Assembly: GCA_903838565.1 (NCBI GenBank)
Contig: CAILZB010000017.1
Span: 42,708-74,707, forward strand
DNA length: 32,000 bases
Reading direction: 5' to 3'
Source: an uncultured beta proteobacterium
Lineage (GTDB): Bacteria > Pseudomonadota > Gammaproteobacteria > Burkholderiales > Burkholderiaceae_C
Made by a program: the position numbers and the translations under genes. Below the pieces are notes generated by a model, which was given only the letters and a program-made list of their open reading frames with translations, made no database searches and was not told the DNA's origin. Each line of letters opens with the position of its first letter. Position 1 is the first letter of the stretch. Of the stretch, positions 1 to 9,354 are shown piece after piece.

Positions 1-75
1 AGCCCGAGGCCCACTGCTGGCGCCTTGATGAACGGTTTGGGCGCCAAGGGCGCGGCGCAATGCAACTGAGCGACC

Positions 76-1707
76 ATGCCCGGGCCTGCTGACAAACCCT
101 ATCGAGTTTGTGCATTTTTGGGATGGGTGTCAGCCCTGTTGGCGTTGGCTCTGGCAACTCCGGTTCTGGCACAGGTCGAATCGACCCCGGCGGTTTCCGT
201 GAGACCGCACGTCGACCCCGTGTTTGCCATCAGCGGCTTTGACATCACCGGGGACAATCCCCTGTCCAGCGCCCAGACCAGCACGATCCTGGCGCCATTC
301 CTGCGCTCCCAAGCCACGATCGACACGCTGCAAAAGGCGACGGTTGCGCTCGAAGACGCGTTGCGTGAACAGGGTTACGGCCTGCACCGCGTGGCGCTAC
401 CGGCTCAGGAGCTGGGTGCATCGGTGCGGCTGGATGTGGTCAAGTTCGTCATCAGCAAAGTGACGGTCCGGGGTCAGGCGAACTACAGCGAAGAAAATAT
501 CCGCGCCAGCTTGCCCGAACTGCGCACCGGTGAGACGCCCAACTTCAAACGGCTTGCGGTGCAAACGGCCATCGCCAACGAGAACCCGAGCAAGCAGGTG
601 CGGGTCGTGCTTCAGGCGTCGCAAGAGGCCGATCAGATCAACGCCGACATTCAGGTGGTGGACAACCGTCCCTGGGAGGTTTCCATCGGCCTGTCCAATT
701 CCGGCTCCAGCGCCACCGGCAAGGAGCGCCTGCTGGTTTCGGGCGCGTACCACAATCTGTTCGATCTGGACCAGCAGATCGTCGGCGCCTACACCACGTC
801 ACCGACGCAGCCCGGGGCGGTCAAGCAGTTGGGTTTGAATTACCGGATTCCGCTGTACGCCGTGGGCGGCGTAGTGAATCTGAGCCTCACGCACTCTGAC
901 GTGGTGGGCAATTTTGGCGCCTTCAGCAGCAGCGGCGCGGGTCAGACCCTGGGTTTGAGCTACCGCCAGTATCTGGCGCCCAACGCAGGGCGCAGGTCCT
1001 ACGTTTTGGCGGGCGTGGACGACTTGCGCTTTGATGTCGCCCAGATCGACGGCGTTGCGCTGGCAGGCCAGTCCCAACGCCGCAGTCGACCTGTGACCCT
1101 GGGCTACAGCGCTTCCGTGGAGTCCGATTCGTCGGTGTGGGGCTACGAGGCGCAGGCGCTGGTCAATCTGCCCGGAGGCGGCGGCAATTCGCTGACCGAC
1201 TATCAGAGCGAGGATCCGCGGATTTCCAGCAGTCGCTGGTCCGCGCTGCGCGGGTCCGCCAACTTCAGCGCACGCCTCGAGCACGGATGGCTCTGGTCCG
1301 CACGCTCGCAGTTTCAGTACAGCCGCTACGCGCTGATTTCCGGCGATCAGTTTGGCCTGGGCGGCATCTCCTCGGTGCGCGGTACCGGGGAGAGACCCCT
1401 TTCGGGGGATAAGGGTTTGTCGCTTGCGCTAGAGTTCACCACGCATGAACTCGCTTCAGGCTTGCGTTTGCTCGGTTTTGTCGATGCCGGCTGGTTGGGA
1501 AACCTTGACGGCAACGGCACCACCAAGCCGGCCAGTGACCACTTGGCCAGCGCCGGTTTCGGTTTGCGTTACGCTGTGGGGCATGTGGCGGCGGCGGCGG
1601 ATTGGGGTCGCGTGTGGCTGGGCAGCGTGGTGCCGCTGACGCTCAACGCCGCCTCGCCACAGTCTGGCGACCAGAAGTTGCATGTCAATATCACCGGACG
1701 CTTTTGA
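76..1707 (+). CDS. ShlB/FhaC/HecB-family two-partner-secretion outer-membrane transporter (TpsB)
   Basis: 543-aa ORF with an ATG start. It has an N-terminal signal peptide (LLALALATPVLAQ) and a POTRA-like N-terminal region. It carries the family-typical loop motif context FGLGGISSVRGTGERPLSGDKG. The C-terminal half is beta-barrel-like and ends in a terminal Phe (NITGRF). Confidence 0.8.
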   Translation: MPGPADKPYRVCAFLGWVSALLALALATPVLAQVESTPAVSVRPHVDPVFAISGFDITGDNPLSSAQTSTILAPFLRSQATIDTLQKATVALEDALREQGYGLHRVALPAQELGASVRLDVVKFVISKVTVRGQANYSEENIRASLPELRTGETPNFKRLAVQTAIANENPSKQVRVVLQASQEADQINADIQVVDNRPWEVSIGLSNSGSSATGKERLLVSGAYHNLFDLDQQIVGAYTTSPTQPGAVKQLGLNYRIPLYAVGGVVNLSLTHSDVVGNFGAFSSSGAGQTLGLSYRQYLAPNAGRRSYVLAGVDDLRFDVAQIDGVALAGQSQRRSRPVTLGYSASVESDSSVWGYEAQALVNLPGGGGNSLTDYQSEDPRISSSRWSALRGSANFSARLEHGWLWSARSQFQYSRYALISGDQFGLGGISSVRGTGERPLSGDKGLSLALEFTTHELASGLRLLGFVDAGWLGNLDGNGTTKPASDHLASAGFGLRYAVGHVAAAADWGRVWLGSVVPLTLNAASPQSGDQKLHVNITGRF

Positions 1708-1752
1708 TGCAGGGTGCGCAGCGGTTTCCGGAAATCACAGGGAGAGTTGAGG

Positions 1753-2166
1753 ATGGCAGGATTGCAGGGTGGCGCGCCGACGCCGCAGGCGCTGACGGTG
1801 CACAACCAGTCGCGGGTGCTGGAAATCGTATTCTCCGACGGCGCGGCGTTTCGTCTGCCGTTTGAATTGCTGCGCATTTATTCGCCTTCGGCCGAGGTTC
1901 AGGGCCACGGGCCCGGGCAGGAAGTGCTGCAGACCGGCAAGCGTGACGTGGGGCTGGTGGAGCTCGAACCGGTGGGCAACTACGCGGTCCAGCCCCGGTT
2001 TTCCGACGGCCACGATACCGGAATATTTTCCTGGGATTACCTCTATTTCCTTGGCGAAAAACAGGACTCGCTGTGGGACGAGTACCACCAGCGCCTCCAA
2101 GCCGCGGGTGTGGATCGCGATGCACCGATGCCACAAAAGGCGGGCGCTTCCTGCGCCAGTCACTGA
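1753..2166 (+). CDS. DUF971 (gamma-butyrobetaine hydroxylase-like N-terminal domain) protein
   Basis: The segment LEIVFSDGAAFRLPFELLRIYSPSAEV...GNYAVQPRFSDGHDTGIFSWDYLYFLG matches the DUF971 pattern as I remember it. The listed ORF starts at GTG 1714. I prefer ATG 1753 because GGAGAG lies about 7 nt upstream. Confidence 0.65.
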   Translation: MAGLQGGAPTPQALTVHNQSRVLEIVFSDGAAFRLPFELLRIYSPSAEVQGHGPGQEVLQTGKRDVGLVELEPVGNYAVQPRFSDGHDTGIFSWDYLYFLGEKQDSLWDEYHQRLQAAGVDRDAPMPQKAGASCASH

Positions 2167-2179
2167 ACCCAGCGTTCAG

Positions 2180-3013
2180 TCAAGCGCCCGGCTTTTGCGC
2201 CTGCGGGCACGTCGCCTGAAACAGCGCGCCGCAGTCGCCCTTTGAGTCGATCTGCACCGCGCTCAGGCAGCCGCCCCAGACGCAGCCGGTGTCCAGGCCC
2301 AGCAGTTTGTCGCGTCGGATCAGGCCCAGCGTCGACCAGTGGCCAAAGGCGACCATCACCTGGGCGGTGTTGCGCTGCGGGACTTCAAACCAGGGCAGAT
2401 AGCCTGCGGGTGTGGTGGCCGCGCCTTCCTTGGCCGAGAACTCCATCACACCCTGCGGGCTGCAAAAGCGCATGCGTGTGAGTGCGTTGACGATGACGCG
2501 CGTGCGCGCATCGCCCTGCAGCGCATCACTCCACTGCGCCGGTTCGCTGCCATACATTTTCTGCAGGAAATGCTCACACTCTGGCCCCTGCAGCGCGGCC
2601 TCGACCTCGCCTGCCAGCGCCAAAGTCTTTTCGGTGGTCCATGAGGGAAGCACGCCGGCGTGGATCATCAGGCAATTCTGCTCAAACAGCGCCAGACGCT
2701 GCTGGCGCAACCACGCAAGCAGGCGCTTTCGATCGGGTGCCGCAAGGACGTCGTCCAGCGTGTCATCGGCGCGCGCTTTGCGCACGCCCTGGGCGACAGC
2801 GAGCAGATGCAGGTCGTGGTTGCCCAGGATGCAGCGGGCGGCGTCGCCCAGCTTCATCAGGCGGCGCAACACCGCGGCTGAGGCCGGACCCCGGTTCACC
2901 AGATCGCCCAGCACGTAAAGCACGTCGCGGCTCGGGGAAAAGCCGATTTTCCCCAGCAGTTGCCCCAAGGGTGCGTCACAGCCCTGGATATCGCCCATCA
3001 AATAGTTTGCCAT
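2180..3013 (-). CDS. apaH: symmetrical bis(5'-nucleosyl)-tetraphosphatase ApaH
   Basis: 277 aa with ATG at 3013. The N-terminus MANYLMGDIQGCDAPLGQLL...YVLGDLVNRGP and the GNHDLHLL motif are the metallophosphoesterase signature typical of ApaH. Confidence 0.9.
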   Translation of the reverse strand: MANYLMGDIQGCDAPLGQLLGKIGFSPSRDVLYVLGDLVNRGPASAAVLRRLMKLGDAARCILGNHDLHLLAVAQGVRKARADDTLDDVLAAPDRKRLLAWLRQQRLALFEQNCLMIHAGVLPSWTTEKTLALAGEVEAALQGPECEHFLQKMYGSEPAQWSDALQGDARTRVIVNALTRMRFCSPQGVMEFSAKEGAATTPAGYLPWFEVPQRNTAQVMVAFGHWSTLGLIRRDKLLGLDTGCVWGGCLSAVQIDSKGDCGALFQATCPQAQKPGA

Positions 3014-3064
3014 GCGGCGATTTTGTCAGGTCCCGAGCCGCCCTTTGCTGCCACAATTTGCCTC

Positions 3065-3820
3065 GTGCCTAACACCGTCACCTTTCCGTCGACTTTGCGC
3101 GTCGCCACCTGGAATATCCACAAGGGCGTGAGCGGCATCGGTCCGACGCGGCGCCTGCAGATCCACGATATCGGACACGCGGTGGAGCAGTTCGACGCGG
3201 ACCTGGTGTGCCTGCAGGAAGTGCGCAGCGAGCACCGGCGCGAGCAAAAGCATTTCGCCCGATGGCCGGACCAGCCGCAGGCGGATTTTCTGGCGCCTGA
3301 GGGATACGAGGCCGCGTACCGCAGCAACGCTGTGACGCGCTACGGTGAGCACGGCAATGCCGTGTTGTCGCGCTGGCCGGTGCTGCAGACCCAGCAGCGG
3401 GACGTGTCAGACCACCGCTTCGAGCAGCGCGGCTTGCTGCACACGCAGGTACAGATTCAGAACACGCTGGTGAACGTCGTGGTCGTTCACCTGGGGCTGA
3501 TCCACGCCGGACGTCTGCGCCAGATCGAAAGCATCGGCCGCTACCTTCAGCGCGAAATTCCGCCCCAGCAAGTCCTGCTGGTCGCTGGAGATTTCAACGA
3601 CTGGGGTGAACGTCTGCACCGGCCCATGGCCGAACTGGGTCTGCGGACCTTTGATTCCGTGCGCTTGCCGACCTTTCCTTCGCGGCTGCCGCTGCTGCAT
3701 CTGGACCGCATCTACGTGCGCGGGCTCAAACCGCTTTCGGCTCACGTACCCCACGGCCCTGCCTGGTGGCGCATGTCGGACCATTTGCCGCTGATCGCGG
3801 AGTTTGGCTTCGAACCGTGA
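3065..3820 (+). CDS. endonuclease/exonuclease/phosphatase (EEP) family protein, YbhP-like
   Basis: LRVATWNIHKG...DLVCLQEV...GNAVLSRWP...LVAGDFNDW...SDHLPLIAEF are EEP-fold motifs. The sequence aligns by eye with E. coli YbhP. The longest ORF (TTG 2960) would overlap the divergent apaH start by 54 nt, so I chose the in-frame GTG at 3065. The start is uncertain. Confidence 0.75.
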   Translation: MPNTVTFPSTLRVATWNIHKGVSGIGPTRRLQIHDIGHAVEQFDADLVCLQEVRSEHRREQKHFARWPDQPQADFLAPEGYEAAYRSNAVTRYGEHGNAVLSRWPVLQTQQRDVSDHRFEQRGLLHTQVQIQNTLVNVVVVHLGLIHAGRLRQIESIGRYLQREIPPQQVLLVAGDFNDWGERLHRPMAELGLRTFDSVRLPTFPSRLPLLHLDRIYVRGLKPLSAHVPHGPAWWRMSDHLPLIAEFGFEP

Positions 3821-5052
3821 GACGGGCAGCGGCCGCGCTGGCGTCCGGTCATCAACTGCAGCTGCTGCAAGGCGGGGTCGAATTGTTCTCGGCCATGATC
3901 GACGAGATCGGCCGGGCCCAGCATGAGGTGATGCTGGAGACCTACATTTTTGATTTCGTGGGCGCAGGCGCGGAGGTTGCGATCGCGCTGCTGGACGCGG
4001 CGCGCCGCGGCGTGACAGTGCGGCTCATGGTCGACGGCGTCGGGACGCCGCGCGTGCCTGCAGACTGGCAGCAGCGCTTTGACGCGGCGGGCGTGCAGTG
4101 GCATATCTTTTCGCCGCTGGGGCGCCTGGGCCTGCTGCTGCCCAGCCGCTGGCGCCGCCTGCATCGCAAGCTGTGCGTGGTCGATGGATTGACCGCTTTT
4201 TGCGGTGGCATCAATGTGCTGGACGACTATCACGACCCGCAGCATGGCCGCATGCAGGCGCCACGCTTTGATTTTGCCGTGCGCGTTCGCGGCCCGCTGG
4301 TGCGCAGCGCGCACGAGGTCATGCGCCAGCTGTGGTGGCGCGCCCAGGCCTTGCGGCAGATGCGCGAGCGCGATCTTGCCGCAGCGTGGGAATCGGCCCG
4401 ACGGTCGGGAAAGGTCCGTCCCAAGGCCGGTCAATTGGCCACCGAGCGGCGCAAGAACCGGTCCGCCTCCAAGGCCGCACTGGTGCTGCGCGACAACATT
4501 CAGAACCGGCGCACAATCGAGCGCGCCTACCTCAAGGCCATCGGGGCCGCGCGCCATGACATCACCATCGCCAACGCCTACTTCCTGCCCGGCAGAAAGC
4601 TGCGCCGCGCGCTGATTCACGCGGCCCGCCGCGGCGTGCAGGTGCGCGTACTGCTGCAGGGGCGCTACGAGAACTTCATGTCCTACCATGCTGCGCGCCC
4701 GGTCTACGGAACGCTGCTGGCCGCCGGTATCGAATTGCACGAGTACTCGCCCAGCTTCCTGCACGCCAAGGTCGCCGTGATCGACGCCGACAACCGTCAG
4801 CCCTGGGTCACCGTGGGATCGTCCAATCTCGATCCCTTGAGCCTGCTGCTGGCGCGTGAGGCGAACGTGGTGGCGGCAGACCCCCAGTTCGCCAGGGACC
4901 TGAAGGAGCGACTGGAACTGGCGATGCGCACTCAGGGCAGCCGCCTGGACCACACCTTGTTCGCCCAGCGCAAGCTCTGGTCACGCGCGCTCGACTGGCT
5001 GGCCTATGGCCTGATGCGCTTCGCGCTGGCGCTCACGGGGAAACGCTACTGA
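3817..5052 (+). CDS. clsB: cardiolipin synthase ClsB (phospholipase D superfamily)
   Basis: Two HKD motifs are present (LHRKLCVVDG and LHAKVAVIDA...GSSNLD). The N-terminus GHQLQLLQGGVELFSAMIDEIGRAQHEVMLETYIF aligns by eye with E. coli ClsB. GTG 3817 overlaps the EEP stop as GTGA at 3817-3820. The alternative start is GTG 3766. Confidence 0.85.
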   Translation: MRRAAAALASGHQLQLLQGGVELFSAMIDEIGRAQHEVMLETYIFDFVGAGAEVAIALLDAARRGVTVRLMVDGVGTPRVPADWQQRFDAAGVQWHIFSPLGRLGLLLPSRWRRLHRKLCVVDGLTAFCGGINVLDDYHDPQHGRMQAPRFDFAVRVRGPLVRSAHEVMRQLWWRAQALRQMRERDLAAAWESARRSGKVRPKAGQLATERRKNRSASKAALVLRDNIQNRRTIERAYLKAIGAARHDITIANAYFLPGRKLRRALIHAARRGVQVRVLLQGRYENFMSYHAARPVYGTLLAAGIELHEYSPSFLHAKVAVIDADNRQPWVTVGSSNLDPLSLLLAREANVVAADPQFARDLKERLELAMRTQGSRLDHTLFAQRKLWSRALDWLAYGLMRFALALTGKRY

Positions 5053-5117
5053 AGCCCTGTGAAGCAAACGGCCGCGCTGTCCGCAACCGTCTGTCGGGGG
5101 TCTGCTACGATTCCCTC

Positions 5118-5858
5118 ATGTTCAAGAACCTGCAAAATTCCCCGGCCAGCCATGGCTCCCATGGCGCCCCCGACGACGAGGGCGTTCCGATGTCGGTCAG
5201 GATTCGCGAGCGGGTGCAGGCGGCAGGCCAGCGCTTCAATGCCAATGACAATATTGCGGCGTTCATCGAGCCGGGCGAGATGGAGAAGTTGCTGGACGAG
5301 GTCGAGGACAAGATGAAGGGCGTGTTGAGCAGCATGGTGATCGACACCGAGCGCGATCACAACACCGGCGCGACCGCCAGACGCGTCGCCAAGATGTACC
5401 TGAACGAGGTGTTCAAGGGTCGCTACGTGAAGTCGCCCGAGATCACTGAATTCCCCAACGCCGAGCGGCTCAACGAGTTGATGATCGTCGGCCCGATCAC
5501 GGTTCGCAGCGCCTGCTCGCACCACCTGTGTCCGGTGATAGGAAAGATCTGGATCGGGGTTCTGCCCAACGAACACACGAACGTGATTGGCCTGTCCAAA
5601 TACGCGCGCCTGGCCGAGTGGGTCATGGGCCGACCGCAGATCCAGGAAGAGGCGGTGGTGCAGCTGGCCGACCTGATTCAGGAAAAGACACAGCCCGATG
5701 GACTGGCGCTGGTGATGGAAGCCACCCACTTTTGCATGGGCTGGCGCGGCGTGAAGGATCTGGACAGCAAGATGATCAATTCCGTGATGCGCGGCAGTTT
5801 TCTCAAGGACGGCAATTTGCGCCGCGAATTTCTGGCGCTGATTCCTGGCAAGCGCTGA
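5118..5858 (+). CDS. folE: GTP cyclohydrolase I (FolE, type 1)
   Basis: Motifs NTGATARRVAKMY, RSACSHHLCPV, VIGLSKYARL...RPQIQEE and EATHFCM are characteristic of FolE. ATG is at 5118. An internal ATG at 5190 is an alternative start. Confidence 0.9.
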   Translation: MFKNLQNSPASHGSHGAPDDEGVPMSVRIRERVQAAGQRFNANDNIAAFIEPGEMEKLLDEVEDKMKGVLSSMVIDTERDHNTGATARRVAKMYLNEVFKGRYVKSPEITEFPNAERLNELMIVGPITVRSACSHHLCPVIGKIWIGVLPNEHTNVIGLSKYARLAEWVMGRPQIQEEAVVQLADLIQEKTQPDGLALVMEATHFCMGWRGVKDLDSKMINSVMRGSFLKDGNLRREFLALIPGKR

Positions 5859-5916
5859 GGCGATCGACAGGATATTTTTCTTACCTTGGCAGGCGTTCTG
5901 CGCTGCACCTTACACC

Positions 5917-6744
5917 ATGAACCTTGACGCCCTGTTCCAGCAGCCCCAGGCGCTGCCGACCATTCCGAAAGTCGTTCAGGAACTGATTCAGAGTTTCAAC
6001 AACGAGGACGTGTCGGTGGGCGAGATCACGCGCCGGATTTCAGCTGACCAGGTGCTGAGCGCGCGCTTGCTGCGATTGGCGAACTCGGCCTATTACCACG
6101 TGTCGCGCACGGTCGCGACGGTGGACGATGCCATCACCATGCTGGGGTTCATCAATGTGCGCACCCTGGTCATCGGGGCGGGTTTGACGGGCGGATTCAA
6201 GGCCCTGCCTGGAATGGATCTGAAGCAGTTCTGGCGCCACAGCCTGCACACGGCCGTCGCTGCCAAGCACCTGTCGCGGGCGCTGGAATTGAATGCCGAG
6301 CTGGGCTTCACCGTGGGATTGATGCACGCCATCGGTCAACTGGTGATGCACGCAGGCATGCCGCAGGACATGCTGCAGGTGGACAGGACGGTCAATACCA
6401 TGGACCCCCGCCGCGTCGCGCGGGAGCGGCAGAGCTTTGGCTACAGCTACGTTGAAGTGGGCGCGGAACTGTCGCGGCGCTGGAAATTTCCGCAAGAGTT
6501 TTCGGCAGCGATTGCGGCCAGCGGAGAACCCCTGGAGTGCAATCCATTCGATCCGGTGGGCGCTGTCGTGCATATCGCTGCCTGGAGATCCAGGGCCGAA
6601 GAAAACCATCTCAACGCCGAAGAAATCGAGGTCAGCTGGCCCGCGGAAGTGGGTGCCAGGGTCGGCCTGGGGGTGAATGCATTGTTGCAGGACCTGCCTT
6701 CATGGGCTGATCTCTCGGCCGGCATGGAAGAACTGATCTCCTGA
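5917..6744 (+). CDS. HDOD domain-containing signalling protein
   Basis: The segment LPTIPKVVQELIQSFNNEDVSVGEITRRISADQVLSARLLRLANSAYY...GLMHAIGQLVM is the typical HDOD domain pattern. There is no additional output domain. Confidence 0.8.
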   Translation: MNLDALFQQPQALPTIPKVVQELIQSFNNEDVSVGEITRRISADQVLSARLLRLANSAYYHVSRTVATVDDAITMLGFINVRTLVIGAGLTGGFKALPGMDLKQFWRHSLHTAVAAKHLSRALELNAELGFTVGLMHAIGQLVMHAGMPQDMLQVDRTVNTMDPRRVARERQSFGYSYVEVGAELSRRWKFPQEFSAAIAASGEPLECNPFDPVGAVVHIAAWRSRAEENHLNAEEIEVSWPAEVGARVGLGVNALLQDLPSWADLSAGMEELIS

Positions 6745-6818
6745 CGCCAATAACCCGGCTCTGTCCCCGACTGATCGTCGGCTATTGGATGTTCCTTGCG
6801 GGGCAGCCCCGCCGTAAC

Positions 6819-7664
6819 TCAGGAATCCTTCAGCAGCGCGTCGTCCAGCTTGGCCGCCAGGGCCGAGACCGCCACGGCTGCCGGGCAACCGGCGGCGGTG
6901 AGCAGCAGCAGTTGGCGCCGCATCACCGCTTCGCGCACCGACGCATCGATCGGAATATCGCCCAGATGCACGAGGCGCATGCGTTTGCCGACTTCGGTGC
7001 CGACATAGCGATCCAGCACCTGCTGCAGCTGCGCCGTGATGGCACGCCCGTCTCCCATGCGCATGGCCTGATTGATCACCAGATGCACATGGTCTCGGTT
7101 CTGCTGCACCGCCAGCACCTTGATCGTGGCGTAGGCATCGGTGAGGGACGTGGGCTCGGGCGTGGCGACCACCAGGATTTCCGAGGCCAGCGAGATTGCA
7201 AACAACACCACGTCGGAAATGCCCGCGCCCGTGTCGAGCAGCATCACGTCGTATTTGGGAACCAGGCTGTTGATGACTTCCAGGAACTCGTTGCGCACCT
7301 GGGGCGTGAGTCGGGAATACTCCACCATGCCCGAACCCGCCAACAGCACCGAGAAGCCACCCGGCGCCTTGTGAATCGCATTTTCCAGCTTGGCCTTGCC
7401 GGTGAAAACATCATGCAGCGTGGTCTTGGGGAACAGGTTCAGCACCACGTCCAGATTGGCCAGGCCCAGGTCGGCATCCAGCACCAGCACGCGGTAGCCG
7501 CGCTTGGTCAGCGCTGCCGCCAGATTGGCGGAAACGAAGGTTTTTCCGACGCCGCCTTTGCCACTGGTCACGGCCAGCACCATGGCGCCCGGCGCCGCTG
7601 CGCGCGTGGCCGGCGCAGGAGCCGAAGCCGCAGCGCTGGGGGTGGACTTGGATGTATCGCTCAT
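6819..7664 (-). CDS. MinD/ParA/FlhG(FleN)-type P-loop ATPase
   Basis: It has the deviant Walker A VTSGKGGVGKTFVSANLA followed by VLVLDADLGLANLDV. A roughly 27-aa Ala/Ser/Pro-rich N-terminal extension precedes this. The ATG at 7664 overlaps the stop of the upstream GGDEF gene as ATGA at 7661-7664. Confidence 0.8.
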   Translation of the reverse strand: MSDTSKSTPSAAASAPAPATRAAAPGAMVLAVTSGKGGVGKTFVSANLAAALTKRGYRVLVLDADLGLANLDVVLNLFPKTTLHDVFTGKAKLENAIHKAPGGFSVLLAGSGMVEYSRLTPQVRNEFLEVINSLVPKYDVMLLDTGAGISDVVLFAISLASEILVVATPEPTSLTDAYATIKVLAVQQNRDHVHLVINQAMRMGDGRAITAQLQQVLDRYVGTEVGKRMRLVHLGDIPIDASVREAVMRRQLLLLTAAGCPAAVAVSALAAKLDDALLKDS

Positions 7665-8593
7665 GAACTGACCTTTGGATCCGGCGTGGGAGGTTCACGC
7701 CGCTTGCGGCGCGGGCCGCGCATTTTGGTTGGATCAACGACAATTTCGGTCGCGTTGCTGCTGGCGTCGCCGGCGGAAATCTGAATCCAGGCCGGGTCGC
7801 TGACCGACAGGTGTCCAAACAACAAATTCTTTTCCTCCGCAGTGACGATGCTGTCGGGTTGCGACGCCTGGCAGACGCGGTTTCGGCCCTGCGTCTTGGC
7901 GTGGTAAAGCTGCTGGTCCGCGCGCTCGGTCCAGATCGCCGTGGTGGAGCGGACCCACTGCGGCGCGTAGGCGCCGCCAATGCTGACCGTGACCTGGACG
8001 TTGACCGTGGGCGCCACGGTGGTGACGGTCGCTGCCACCGACTCGCGGATGCGCTCGGCGACCAGCGCGCCAAAGGCGTTCTGGCAGTTGGGCAGGATGA
8101 TGGCAAATTCCTCGCCGCCAAAGCGCGCCACCGTATCCATGGGCCGTACGCAGTCGAGCAGGCAGGAGGCCACACTTTGCAATATCTGGTCGCCCGCGTG
8201 GTGGCCGTAGGTGTCGTTGACCTTCTTGAAATGGTCGATATCCAGTATCAACAAGAGCGCCTGTTCACCCGAGCGCGCGACCCGGTCGATTTCGCGCTCC
8301 ATCGCGCTCAGGAAGTGGCGCCGGTTGCCCAAGCCCGTGAGCGGATCGCGCAGCGAGAGCTCGCACAGGCCGTTGACCACGCTCTGCAGATAATTGGTGG
8401 GAGATTCCGAGAGCGGCGGAAGACTCAGGGTGCCGGCTTGGTTCAGAAGCGCCAGTGCGTTGTCGATGCGCAGGTCGCGCAGGTCAACGAGAGTGGGAAC
8501 GGTGGTGGCGGGCACAGCAAATGGGTCTTTAGGAGCCCCAAGTCTAACAGCACAAGCCGCCAAATCCTGGGCGCTCAGAGCCCGCGCCGGCAC
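7661..8593 (-). CDS. diguanylate cyclase (GGDEF domain, intact I-site)
   Basis: Motifs are LTGLGNRRHF, DIDHFKKVNDTYGH and the GGEEF active site, with RPMD (RxxD) five residues upstream. The N-terminal region of about 130 aa has no domain I can recognise. The longest ORF (to 8800) would overlap moeB by about 200 nt. I chose the in-frame GTG at 8593, which lies 5 nt after the moeB stop. The start is uncertain. Confidence 0.8.
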   Translation of the reverse strand: MPARALSAQDLAACAVRLGAPKDPFAVPATTVPTLVDLRDLRIDNALALLNQAGTLSLPPLSESPTNYLQSVVNGLCELSLRDPLTGLGNRRHFLSAMEREIDRVARSGEQALLLILDIDHFKKVNDTYGHHAGDQILQSVASCLLDCVRPMDTVARFGGEEFAIILPNCQNAFGALVAERIRESVAATVTTVAPTVNVQVTVSIGGAYAPQWVRSTTAIWTERADQQLYHAKTQGRNRVCQASQPDSIVTAEEKNLLFGHLSVSDPAWIQISAGDASSNATEIVVDPTKMRGPRRKRREPPTPDPKVSS

Positions 8594-8598
8594 GCCGC

Positions 8599-9354
8599 TC
8601 AGCGCCGATGTCCGGCGCAGACCGAGCAGCCCGGATTGCGCGGGATGAGCATGGAATGGCACTCCATGCTGCGGGCGTCCAGCATCAGCAGGCGTCCGGT
8701 CAATGGTCGGCCCGCGCCGCTGAGACATTTCAGCGCCTCGCCCGCCTGCATTGCGCCGATGACACCGACCAGAGGCGCAAACACGCCCATGGTGGCGCAT
8801 TGCGTCTCCTCCACCGCCGTCTCGGGCGGGAACAGGCAGGCGTAGCAGGGCGACTGCGCGTCGCTGGCGTCATAGACCGCGATCTGTCCATCGAAGCGGA
8901 TCGCCGCGCCCGACACCAGCGGCTTGCCGTGCCGCACGCAGGCGGCGTTGATGGCGTGGCGCGTGGCGAAGTTGTCACAGCAGTCGAGCACCAGATCGAC
9001 CTGCGGCAGCCACTCGTCCAGCAGTGCGGCATCGGCCCTGGTTTGCAGTGCATCCACGCGCACTTCGGGGTTGATGGCGTGGATGGCCTGGCGCGCGGAT
9101 TCGACTTTGGGTTGGCCTACGCGCTCCACGGTGTGGGCGATCTGGCGCTGCAGATTTGTCAGATCCACGAGGTCGTGGTCCACCAGCGTGATCCGCCCCA
9201 CTCCGGCGCTGCCCAGGTAAAGCGCAGCGGCGGAACCCAGGCCGCCGGCACCGATGACAAGAACGTGCGCGCCCAGGATTCGCTCCTGACCCTCCACCCC
9301 GAGCTCGTTGAGCAGGATGTGGCGCGAATAGCGCAGCAGCTGCTCGTCGGTCAT
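8599..9354 (-). CDS. moeB: HesA/MoeB/ThiF-family adenylyltransferase (molybdopterin-synthase adenylyltransferase-like)
   Basis: The segment RYSRHILLNELGVEGQERILGAHVLVIGAGGLGSAAALYLGSAGVGRITLVDHDLVDLTNLQRQ is present, with C-terminal CxxC pairs. The ATG at 9354 overlaps the ctpA stop as ATGA at 9351-9354. Confidence 0.8.
   Translation of the reverse strand: MTDEQLLRYSRHILLNELGVEGQERILGAHVLVIGAGGLGSAAALYLGSAGVGRITLVDHDLVDLTNLQRQIAHTVERVGQPKVESARQAIHAINPEVRVDALQTRADAALLDEWLPQVDLVLDCCDNFATRHAINAACVRHGKPLVSGAAIRFDGQIAVYDASDAQSPCYACLFPPETAVEETQCATMGVFAPLVGVIGAMQAGEALKCLSGAGRPLTGRLLMLDARSMECHSMLIPRNPGCSVCAGHRR

Noticed and set aside
1-69. Open frame 1 ending at TGA 67-69, considered as the 3' end of an upstream CDS.
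   Set aside because: It has only 22 codons with no recognisable motif, so I cannot support it as a feature. It is mentioned only in the TpsB finding.
2960-3064. Longest-ORF start (TTG 2960) for the EEP gene.
   Set aside because: It would overlap the divergent apaH start by 54 nt and add about 35 residues with no counterpart in YbhP-like proteins. The in-frame GTG at 3065 gives the expected N-terminal length.
3742-4953. 403-aa minus-strand ORF, plus similar long ORFs antisense to recognised genes: 21465-23498 (-), 19009-20082 (-), 20317-21459 (-), 15127-16308 (+), 17253-18131 (+), 9585-10838 (+), 7811-8845 (+), 6789-7784 (+), 13036-13920 (-) and 5046-5729 (-).
   Set aside because: Each lies opposite a CDS with clear conserved motifs (clsB, the P-type ATPases, ileS, ribF, ctpA, GGDEF, MinD-like, gpsA, folE). 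Their translations are Arg/Ala/Gly/His-rich and low in complexity. This is typical of stop-codon-poor antisense frames in high-GC DNA.
6798-6812. GC-rich hairpin GCGGG-gcagc-CCCGC between the convergent HDOD and MinD-like genes, considered as a bidirectional intrinsic terminator.
   Set aside because: No T-run follows the stem on either strand, so I do not call it a canonical terminator. It may still contribute to 3'-end formation.
8594-8800. N-terminal extension of the GGDEF ORF (MRHHGRVCASG... / MSQRRGP...).
   Set aside because: It would overlap the 3' end of moeB by about 200 nt on the same strand in another frame. An in-frame GTG lies 5 nt after the moeB stop. This remains uncertain without homolog alignment.
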